Of a stretch of DNA of 64,000 nt, positions 1 through 11,000 are shown piece by piece (positions within the stretch are counted from its first letter, which is position 1; each line of letters opens with the position of its first letter). Under the pieces are notes generated by a model. The model saw only the letters and a program-made list of their open reading frames with translations, ran no database searches and was not told where the DNA came from. A program made the position numbers and the translations under genes. The DNA is from Balanoglossus misakiensis (taxonomy: Eukaryota > Animalia > Hemichordata): the NCBI GenBank assembly GCA_040954595.2, contig CM082592.2, positions 4,418,735 through 4,482,734 of the forward strand, given 5' to 3'.

Positions 1-112
1 CTTCGAAGTTGGTCCACGGCACCAAGAAGCCTAACTTGACGTTGATGACGGCCGAGGTGGGTTGGCTGCAAGCAAACGCCAACAGGAGCGCGTTGAAGAC
101 GCGTACAGACAT
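1..112 (-). CDS. 5' end (partial) of a secreted/membrane receptor, probably a receptor-type guanylyl cyclase / natriuretic-peptide-receptor-like protein
   Basis: ATG at 112 reads MSVRVFNALLLAFACSQPTSAVINVKLGFLVPWTNFE. This is a hydrophobic signal peptide followed by 'VKLGFLVPW', resembling the first strand of the ANF-receptor ligand-binding domain. Only 37 codons are visible. Confidence 0.55.
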   Translation of the reverse strand, partial: MSVRVFNALLLAFACSQPTSAVINVKLGFLVPWTNFE

Positions 113-979
113 CGCGAGTCATCCACTCCGATGCAAGTCTTGAAGGAGTTGTTTTGGTTTTTGAAACTGGTTTTTGCGAGCATTGGAGCTGTGCAGCTAA
201 GACACTTGTGGCTTAACGCTAATTGAACTGGTGGAGAAATAGTCAGCGGGGTTAACTGATTTAGTTTGAAGTGGTCTTGGGTCCAGTTTTATCTCTCGAT
301 TAATAATGACTATACCACAGATACGATAGTCCCACGGGGGTCTTCCTGTGCTGTGCATTTTGGACGAGGCCGCGTGTGACTCATAATTATAGCTGTTGGT
401 GACAGCTCGCGTGTGGTAACGTATAATTATTCAATTAGAATGGGGCGATGCGTGATAGCACCCCACCAGTCAAACCAGCGGTAGCTGAACATTTTAAACA
501 CCATGTGGTCCTCGGCATCATAGAAACGATTGCATTGTAATATATTTTTTCTGGAAGAGTTTATCTGAATCTTTGACTGTACCCAACTGTACATAACAGG
601 GTGGATTGGATTGCATTTTATTCTTTCTGTAAGAGTTGGTCTGATTGCTTGACAATACTCACCTGTACATGAAATGATTACATTGTAAGTAAGTGTTGTC
701 AAACAATTAAAGTAAATTTTGCTAGTACATGTACCGTATCTTGCATAGTTAAGCATATGGTTTGTTCTTTATGCGACGGAGACTTGGTATATTTTACAAG
801 TGTTAAACAATCCAACCTTTATAAAAGAAATGCGATGTCTTAAAAGTAAGCGCATACGTATCTTCGTCATGTTCATACAGCATTGCTCTCTCCTAGATCC
901 GTGACTGTGTGTCATTTTTCTACATCGCTCTCTCGTCCTGCTAGGAAAACTTTGGAAAAACAAAAGACTGCGACAAGTT

Positions 980-1045
980 GCTCGCGAGGGGGCCACAAAT
1001 CACGTGACACATTTCAGTGATCGCGGGAAATTTCAAGATGGCTCC
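980..1045 (+). promoter_or_regulatory. Promoter-proximal motifs of the XNDC1N homolog (divergent from the receptor gene)
   Basis: E-box CACGTG (1001-1006); E2F-type GCGGGAAA (1023-1030) directly followed by CHR-like TTTCAA (1031-1036); YY1-like AAGATGGC overlapping the ATG at 1038. Confidence 0.45.
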
Positions 1046-4000
1046 CATTGAGATGAAATATGTTGTGTCGTTCAGTTCACAGGTAAGACTTCACCGCAAA
1101 ACTGGCACATTTTACTGTCATAAATACCGTTGATGTCTGGTTAGATTGAATACCTCACGATATAGCGTTGAAGTCTGGCATACGAATCTCAAAAGCAGTC
1201 GATATTGCCTTTTGGTTTCTGTGGTACGTGGTGGGTCCCAGCTGCAATGATTGTACATATCAGCTATGGTAGGTTCATAACAATAACATTCGTGGTAAGA
1301 GTGTGAGGCTATGGTCGCAGCCATAGCCCCACACACAGCCGCTTGTTACTAGGGTAATTATATCAGAACTGTGCCGCTATGACAAGGAAATGGGGAGATT
1401 GCTGGGTACACACGGACCTATGTGTATTTCTATGCCAAAAGCCACGGGCTCTAACGTAAACAACTGGAAGCTTACATAATAAGTACAATAAGCGTTTCCC
1501 ACAATTTATGTTTCATAATAGGATCCACAACACAAAGCAGAGAACCTTCTTAGCCAGGCCAGTGGTTGGAAAAAATGGCTGTCACGCCGAGACGACAGAA
1601 GCGGGACTTTAGAAGCCGAATTTCAACTAGTGAAGACAAGTAATATAGGTTATATCGATATAGGTGAGCATTCATATTGCTACAAGAGTCTTTTCAGCCA
1701 CCAGAACAAGTGACAGAACCACGGTGGAGTGACCGTGACAGAACATACAGAGAAGACAGCAGATGCTAAAAAAGCCAAGACAATGTTTATTCCAGAAATT
1801 TCTTTCATTGCCAGGTAACTGTGGCTCAGCATTTATTGAAATCTGGGTTGGTCGTGCGTCCTGGTCCAGAAATAAAGACTACACTTGTCTGCTTCCCGCA
1901 ACCTCCCTGATGAACATCGTGGACTGCAAACTAGGCAGAAATAAGAACACTGTCAAGATGTTGAACAAAGGTAAGTTTATAATTAGTGTTCATGTGCAGG
2001 TATTTTTTCATTACATAGAGTACATGGTCATCTTTACAATATATGGGTTTAAATCTTTCCTCACTCTCTGATGATTTCATGCATCTATTTTGTTCACCCC
2101 GTCAGATAATTTGAGCGTGGATGCCTTGTCTGAGCAGTGGGACAGGATCCGAGTCGTATGCAGACAACCTTATCGTAAAGACTGCCAATTTGGGCTGTCA
2201 TTTCTGAGGTTTCGCACCCCAGACGCTGACAAAGATACAGAAGAAAGCACTCCCATCAAGAATAAGGTAGCTTTTAAATTTGGCTTCTTATCTTCCTAGC
2301 ATGCAAATTCCCTTTTCTCGCAGTAATCAATTTGCCAGTCTGGTTATAATTTTCAAATTTGACATCAAGGGGTATTCTGTACTTCATGTCTGCAGGTCTT
2401 TTTTTGATGATTGGTCATTTAGACCCCCCCCCTCCCCAAAAAAACAAACAAACAAAAACAACATCAAACAAACAAGTACTATTGGACTTTTTCTCTTAAA
2501 CAGAGACATTCAAAGACAGACTTTAAAACATTTAATATCTCTTATAATATAAGTTTCTTCCCATTAAACTTGCAATTAATAGATGTTATTGTACGTTTAT
2601 CGCATTTAGGATTCCAACAGTGTACCTGGCTCTGCATCAAAGAAGAAGATTATGTCACCCAGCTGGAAGACAGATAGTGCATTTTACAAGAAAGCCTTTG
2701 CAACAGAGAATGAGTAAGAAATTATTTCAGTAACTCAAAAATATTTATACACACTTACTGCCAGGTGGGCACATTTGTATCTGGGTACCTATTGACTGGA
2801 AGAATTCTAATCTAGCTGTGGGAAGTATTTTCATGTATGCAACTATGGCTACTGTACTTCCTGCATCACATGTAAATCACCATTTAGAAATATTTTCATT
2901 AATATGGGAATCTATCTCTCGACCATGAATCTGAGGGCAGTTATGAATTATAATTAGGTGATTGTCAGACCCAGTGTATCTGAACTATTTCCATGTGGCA
3001 GTTTTATGTTATTTCAATCTGCGATTAAGCGATTGCAGAAAAAAATATTTTTTCCTGAAAGTTGATTCTCGACAAAGTCATTAATGATGACACAGTCCCC
3101 ACTGGTATGTCATTCACGACAGTGTTAGGTCAGCAAGCAGTGAATCTCCATCCTGGACGTTGTCTGATGGAGGCCACTATAGTTACGGTTTTCAAACACC
3201 TCAATTTGAAATAATAGTGTTACACCGTCTCTTTCGCTCACTCTGAAGTCGCCAGACAGCAGAAGTTAAATCCAAACTGTTGAAAATCTCGGGCACTTCG
3301 GAATCGGCGACCGAACACGGTAACTCCTTGAGCAGAACGCAGAAAATGGTCATAGCCGCGGCAGCAGCGAAAACCGCGACGACTCCGACGGCGAATCAAA
3401 ACAGTGGGGCGGTGAAAAGGAGCCATTCAGAACAAGGGTCAAAGGTCGTGGAAGAAAATGACTGTAAAAAGGTCAAACAAGTATCAATGGAAAGTAGTTC
3501 TCCGAGAAACAAGAACAAGGGCACCAGTGTAAGTTCATGAGAATATTTCTGGATTTTCATCCCTGCTTTCCACACGTATTGCCATTGGATTCTTCACTTC
3601 AGTTGCTTTGCGAAGAGATTTTATTTCCTGTAAATTTTCATCGCTTTTCTGCGTTTTTGAATACATGTACTAGTAATTGTGGAGTGTGTACTTTTTTTTT
3701 TGCAGCCTGACCTCAAAGCATTGATCGCAACATTTTTGAAAAGCTTAAATTTCTCGACTGTAGATCCAAACAGTATGACATATGCTGGTAAGTTTTGATG
3801 ATTCCTCAAAATTGCTGTTTGTGTTTAATACATGTTACAAATTATCATGATGAAATCTTTCCAAATCAAACTTTACTCAGTCACATGTAGAGTTCAAAAA
3901 TAGTGATCGACCTAGCTTGGCTTTGTTTAATGAAATCTGAACAAGTTTTGTTTTTTAATCTAGATGTTACTTTTAGCAGCAGGCCATATGGTCATTGGCT

Positions 4001-5454
4001 GCTTTATGAAAATTTTGGGTTTTATAAAATGACCATGTTTTCACTGTCTTTCCTCCGTAGACCTTCGTCGTCAGTACGAGTTGCGGTCAAATTGTAAACT
4101 TTCAAAAGAAGAGAAGAGGATTTTCATAGACGTTGCCCAAGAATTTGTTGCTGGTGTATTAGAGGGTAGTCAGGAAAAAGATGTGACGAATAAGATGTGT
4201 CGTACTCCTAAACAACAACGAGATTCTTTCTCAAGCCATGAAAGAAATGGCAACAAAGTGTCTTCGTGGAGTCCAGCTGATAGGAATAATCGTTGTGCGG
4301 AGACAGCTGAGGGCTTTAGTGGTTTGCGTTTTACAGACACGCCAGAGAAAGTGAGAAATGATCGCTGTGCGTTGACTCCAGAGGGCGCTAGAGTGGCACA
4401 ACGTGGAAGAGGTCGGGGGTCACGACGCGGCCGGGGTAGAACGAATGCAAATACAGAGTGAGTTGCACTTTATTTATTTTATGATACTTTTAGCTTTTCT
4501 CAATCATCACATGATGATCACATGACGACTGACAACTTTACAAGTCTGTTGTATGCAAATCTTGACTCCCCTCAAAATATTGACCCAGTGCGTCATCCCC
4601 ATCAGATTTTTTTGTGCGTTTTCTCACACAGACCAGGAAGGCAAAGAGGTACAATTGAAGACACCCCAGGAAAGACCACGAGGGGAAGAGGAAGGGGGAG
4701 GGGGAGAGGCAGAGGAGGGGGACGTGGGCGAGGTAGAGGAAAATCACCAGCTGTAATAATTTCACCGTCGCAAACAATTAGTCTTGATGATTCTCTGAGC
4801 GATGTCAGCAGTGACACAAACCTGAGTGACAGCGATGACGTCGTCTGTCCAATCTGTTCAGGTGAGTATTCAAGTGCTCTTCTTCTGTGCTGACATTTGA
4901 TGTCACAAGTTTTCCATGACAGGATTTGGTTTTGAAGCTTTTATAAAGATTAGAATAAGTCATGACGTTTTCAGCAGAATGCAAAGCAAAGAAACTTCTA
5001 GTCAATTTATATTGACCCATCCACCCCTATTTCTCAGCACATTGAATTTTGATCCCATCATTTCCTATGGGCAAATTGGCCGTACCACAGACAGTTGGGG
5101 GGTAGATCAGGCCTAAAATGATCCATTAGTTTTAATGTTTAATCAAAATGATTTTTGACTTTCTTACATCATTATTTTTCAGGTTTGTATTCAAAGACAT
5201 TGATTGAAGCCCATGCAGCTATGTGTGTTGATAGTGGAGGCCTAGCCACAGACAGTAACGATAACTACATGCACCAATCGTCTGTACATTACCAAGACAC
5301 ATATTGCCATGTAAACCGTGGAGTGGGGAAAAATACAGTGGATTTGGTGCCGTGCCCGCTGTGTGATCAGAAGTTCTTGGTGGACGAGATCGAGAACCAC
5401 TGTGACTTGTGTGCCAGTAGATTCGATTCAATCCTCAGTCAGCCCGTCTTTTGA
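1038..5454 (+). CDS. XNDC1N: XRCC1 N-terminal domain-containing protein (XNDC1N homolog), ~622 aa, with DEK-C-like helical domain, RG repeats and two C-terminal UBZ4-like zinc fingers
   Basis: Ten phase-consistent GT-AG exons: 1038-1082, 1522-1663, 1815-1970, 2106-2266, 2610-2713, 3249-3528, 3706-3787, 4061-4457, 4632-4861, 5183-5454 (1869 nt). The N-terminus MAPIEMKYVVSFSSQDPQHKAENLL...GYIDIGNCGSAFIEIWVGRASW...LLPATSLMNIVDCKLGRNK...WDRIRVVCRQPY...QFGLSFLRF matches XNDC1N as I recall it. No BRCT domain is seen. Confidence 0.88.
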
Positions 5455-7104
5455 TGATATTGAGTCGATAGAACTCTTCTACAACCAATGTTTTCTGACA
5501 GTGTACTTGGTCTTCACTGTGGTACTGTAATCGTTAAAAATGAAATTCTAATTACTAAATGTCATGGTCACATACTCCGACCATAAACAAGAATAGCAAA
5601 CAGAAGGGAAGACCTTTCCATCACTTTTTTGTGCAGAGTGATACCGTTTCAATTTTGGCAGCTACATTGTATGCTATTTTAGACTGTCTTGCTTGGTGCA
5701 AATTATTAAACTGTCATAAGGCATATCAATTTTAAATTCTGTTGGCGAAATAATTATACAGATGCTCACATGACATCATGTTTTTGGCTGAGGGGGGGGG
5801 GGGGGTACCCCCGTAAAGGGTGCCAGGGCCTAACAAGCTCAGCTGTGTTCTTATGATTCTCTCTTTTTCTCGGTCACAAGCATTTAATGGTCAAGGCATC
5901 TATCTTTCGCCATGCAATAATAATAATCATAGGTTTATTTTGTTGTACATATTTCTTTGTATATTGGCAGCATTATTTTGATATTTTGTATACATGAAAC
6001 TACCACTCTAGTTTGTCTCAGTGTATTAAAAATTTGAAATTTTCCACCTCCCATTTACATATTTATTTCCTCATTGTGTTACCTTACATCTACACCCAGT
6101 GATAAATAGTTCACTAGTTGCATATTTTCATGCCAAAATTTCAGGGCTTTTATCATTTCATTGTAGCATTGCAACAAATATATTGTCCTTCAAAAGTTAC
6201 ACCATATTTCATGGAAAAGAACATTTTCATGACAATGGATAGCTAGGACTGTTATCAATTGTTTGAGCATGGCGTTCACAAAGACATAAGCTAAACCTAT
6301 ATACATGCCTTGCAATTTATTAAAGTCTTCAACACAACACACTTTATCATAGTCCATTGTGTGCAGTGTTAGTACATGTATGCGACAATGAGGGAGGGCC
6401 ACTGTAGGCAGTGGAGTCAACGCGGTGTTATCAATGTCCACTTTACAAACAAGTCTGACCATCAATGTCAATGTCATGTGTATATAGTCCAACCTCACAA
6501 ACATAAACATAAACAAGACTTAAGCGCTTGACATTGTTAAATCATTAAAAGTTTATTTCATAGAAATTTTCATTCAAATAAAATTAATAAGACAAAAATT
6601 ATTTTTCACATCATACATAAAATCAGCTTTTCCAGAAACACCAATCAATGTTAATCCAACTTTTAACAAACGTACAAAATTAACACAATGAAAATAAATA
6701 ACAGCAACATTTTGTATAAAAGATTGTGCAATTACAATTTGCACATATAATTACAATTTCCATGGTGTTTGTTTACCACCATGTAAATTCTAGTAGTAAA
6801 AATTAATTTAATTAGTAAATTAATTTGTCCTAACACATCAGTTGACAACCTAAACGAACACGTCAAGGACAAAACAATCTGGACTTCAAATCTGCATATG
6901 AGATGACGAGCTCAAAACGTTCATTTGGCACCAAATACTGATCATGGAAGTACATGAAAAATATTTACAACTCAAATTGAAAATTTTCAGACCAATCACA
7001 AATCATCTCAACTGGAATGATTTTCAGATTTCACTGCATTTTGTGAGCATGCTATTAAGTTTGGAAGTCCTGTTGCAAAACTACAATGTATCAGCATTGG
7101 ACAT

Positions 7105-7198
7105 TTAAACCCTTTCACCACCATGGTTTGGTCCAAATCCATTGTTTTCTATGGTAAACCCGGACCTCTATAGAAGCAACTGCGTTGAAAGGGGTTCA
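7105..7198 (+). mobile_element. ~90-bp TTAA/CCC-terminated MITE (piggyBac-like ends), degenerate copy
   Basis: ttaaaccctttcaccaccatggtttggtccaaa...ggacctcta...gaaaggggtt, homologous to the copies at 37580, 43098 and 46381. Confidence 0.7.
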
Positions 7199-8038
7199 AA
7201 AATCTGACAGCATAGCAGAATTGATGATCACAGTTTTGGAAACTTGAATTCACAGAATTATCACAAACATCCTGTGATAACAAGGGCAAATGGATTATTT
7301 TTCTCCTCTTCAATCATAGAATTTAAATTCTATTGACTTTTCAACTCTAAAATCATTTTGTTACAATAATCTGTAAATAACAACTTCATTTTAGTATAAT
7401 ATACATTGTAGTCATCGGGAAAATATATCACTACTTACATTTTATTAATGTTATGCCTCATACTTATAGAGAAAATAACCTTTGGATAGATTTTATGCAT
7501 TTATATTAATATATTTATTTTTACAATTTGGAGAAGTGTGCATGCTGATCTTCTGTGTGACCGACCCTTTTTTTTCTAAGAGTGATCTCGATGGCCAGAT
7601 TTCTGGAGTAGCATATTTTTTTTTTACAATTTTACCAAAATGACATGACATGAATGAACATGAAGCCTGTTGTGGTTTCCTATCCTAGACAACGTGTCCA
7701 GAGACGGTATTCTTATCACTGATGGAGTAATCACTCGGAAGTCGGCTAAACTGAGCTGATAAAACATCAGAAGACTTATCTCTGGTAATACCTGGGTAGT
7801 CATGGATGAACTATTGGAAATGTTAGCGACAGTGTAGACTCTAGGCACCACATGTGAATATCACTTCTTCTGTACACGCCTGGCTAGCAGGATAAACTCC
7901 TCCTACGGAGAAAAAAAACAATATTTTTTTGCTGATGCAATTGAAAACTGAACTAGAAATGTCTTTTCTCTATCTTTATAGTGTAAATGCTGAACACAGT
8001 ACTTTTGTTTGCAAGATTTCCGGGCCAGTACACAGGGC

Positions 8039-11000
8039 TCATTTTTTACTGTTCGGCATGGATCCCACGTCGTAGCCCTTACTGTCGGCCCACTGCTTCA
8101 ACAGTTTGTCCTGGAACAGACGGGAAACATCAAGGTCACCACAAGTTTTGCCCGGTTTCGATGTTCTCAGGACGGTTGTTATGAATGTCAAGGGTGAAGA
8201 GGTCTATGCTGAACCAAAATGGATGGCAAAGATGGGAATTTGTCGGATTTTATGAAATATGTAAATATGTGAATAGGGAGGTTCAGGTAACAGACGTGAT
8301 GCCAGTACACTCACAGACTGGTCTGTACTAACAGCAAAGTTGAACAGAGTTTACACGCGAGACATTGTCGCACATGACAACAATAACCTTGATTTATTCT
8401 TTTCAAAGTGCAGACGATGAGGCATGACTTTGCATAAAACGTATGAGACATCTCTAACATGTACAATAGCATATTAACCCCCGCTGCTGATTTTACAACC
8501 TATGGTCTTTGTTGATGTTAGATGTACACCATGGCTACATATAACATGATGGTGAATCCACATTACACAATAAGGTAGAATGCACCTCTGGGACAAATTA
8601 TCAGAAAAATGGCAGTCCTCTCAACCTTTCAATTGTTGAGAGTGTGTGAGGAATCTTTTTGAAAACAAAAACAGGGTGTTCACGTCTTGTTTTCATAGAA
8701 ATCACTTTAGTTTTTCTTCATAGCATTAGACATTGGAAGCCATTTTGAAATCAATATTTGAGACAACATTACTCTCTCATGACATTATAAATTTTGCACA
8801 GTGACCCCCCCCCCCCCCCCCCCAACCATATTTTTAATTCTCCATTTTAAGAGAGAATAATCCAACGTTGTCTTGGGCAAAATACTAGAAAAACTTTCTA
8901 GGTGCATACTATCTTAAAGCAAATTCAAAGCCAGAGCATTTTTTACTCATTGTCTTACCTGTTGAGTCAGCTGTAATTCGAACTTCTTGCACAAAGCCGC
9001 AAGTTGTTTAATGGTGGTTTCCTGATTTGCTACGGTCGTTTTCTTTTCTTCCACTTGTTTTATGAGGGCTTGACAATTCTGGCAGTTATCCTACAAACAA
9101 TTGACATGACAATCAGCAGACACACTCGCAAGCGAAATCAATACCATTAATGTGCAGATTCATTTACACAGATGAGTATCTGTGTCTTTGTGTATGCCAA
9201 CGCCAAGATCAGCTTGTCACAGTCGGTTTTGAAAATCTCAGCAATGGACAGCATCAGCCCCGTCTTCAGCTCAAAGGCAAGATACTGTAAAACACTTTAT
9301 TTTCGCGAGCAATTATTTTTGCCAAATACGCGAGAGCAAAAATAGCGTGAAAATAAAAAGTCGCGTAAATTCTTTTTCAAGATAACGATGCGGTGAATGA
9401 AATAAGAGAACGCGAAAATTAATACTCGCGAAATAGTGGCCTCTCTCGATATCGCGAAAAATTTAACTCGCGAAAATAAAGTGTTTTACAGTAGGCTCAT
9501 TTTGCATAGTAAGGCTGGGTAAACTAAGATACAGACTATCTTAGAACTTACTGCTGTTAGGATACAGATAATTTTACATCACACTACACCACACTTACAT
9601 CTCTCACTTTAAGTGCTCTCATTTTTGACTTCAGAAGTCTGCATTCTTCGTTAATCCTGGCCAGTTCCTTGCTCAGCTCTTCAAGCTGTTGTTGTCGTTC
9701 CCTGGGTTGAAAATGAAAAACGGTGCGAGTCAGAAGATATTATGGGCTGTCCTTTCCCAGTCACATGTGCCCCATGCCATCATTATGTCTCACAAATTCT
9801 CACTGTTGTTCGGTTAGAATTGCAGAGTTCTGAGTTCATTGTCGGTCTGGTGAGCATAAAATCCGGGTACAAGTAATCTTTCAAAAACTGTCCTCGTATA
9901 TTTGTAAGGAAGAATAAGCGTGGCGATTTAGAATGAGCACAATTACATCAGTACCGTTCTCATTCAGCCAACAAAAAAACATAGTCCAACAAAAACAAAT
10001 CTTACCATGAATTGTCTTTCAAGGCTTCAGCCATTTTCTTTTTCAGTCCTTCTAACTTTTGGTCCCTGACGGCTATTTCTTTGTCTTTTTGCAGCCTGAG
10101 TTCCAGCAGCTTAGATTCAAACTGAGAAACATAAGAACAAGTGCGAATAATTTAATATTCTATTTTCTGAGCACTATAATTCATGCAGTCATTTTTGTTT
10201 TGATTTCTGCAAAAAGTAAATTCTAAATTAAAATCTAGCATTTTTTCTAGTTCTTATTTGACATTCCCCTTCTACAGTCTACAGTATACAGTCTGCAAAA
10301 TACATAGGGAATTGGTCGTCTTAGCGACCGTACAGTGTATTGGACTCGCAGTTCACAATACACAATGTGTAGTCAACAGTTAATGGTACTATGAGCTGTA
10401 AACATGCATGAAAATCTGATGGGATTTATGTAGACTAAACAAAGTCAGAGCCCGAGGTTAACTAGTAGTATTTTTGTCGATTTGACGAGGTTGGCCAGTT
10501 CTATAGTGATTTCAATATCTTTGGTTCAATTTTCCAATCCCGGGATTAATCATTCTTTTGAAAAGACGCGAAGCACAACTAATGCATTCCATGAACTTTT
10601 AATACAGAAGATGAAAATGGGAGGTTTCCACTATTGAGAATACCTTGCCCTCAACTGCAGGCCGTTAGCAACCCCCTTGGCTGGTGTTACATTTTTTTTA
10701 AATTTACTTTCCAACAAGGCATTTGTCCGTACAAAACAAGGGCGAATGAACGATCGATGAATCTGTTTTGTAACGCACACCACTTCCAATTTGTTTGGTC
10801 ACAAAAGCATCGTCAAGATTTCCCCCCCTTCTTTTGTTATATTCTGATCAGCTTGTAGTTGTACATCATGAACAGCTCTGATTTGCGAGTATTTGAATTC
10901 TGCTTAGCGATGTTGTAGGCAGGCAAAAAACATTTAATAACACTCTTCTCATAGTATGGAAACAATCGAGAATTTTTCTACCATCTCAGATTCGATTTAC

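Noticed and set aside
1038-5454. Calling the gene XRCC1
   Set aside because: No BRCT domains are present, and the N-terminal motifs fit XNDC1N better.
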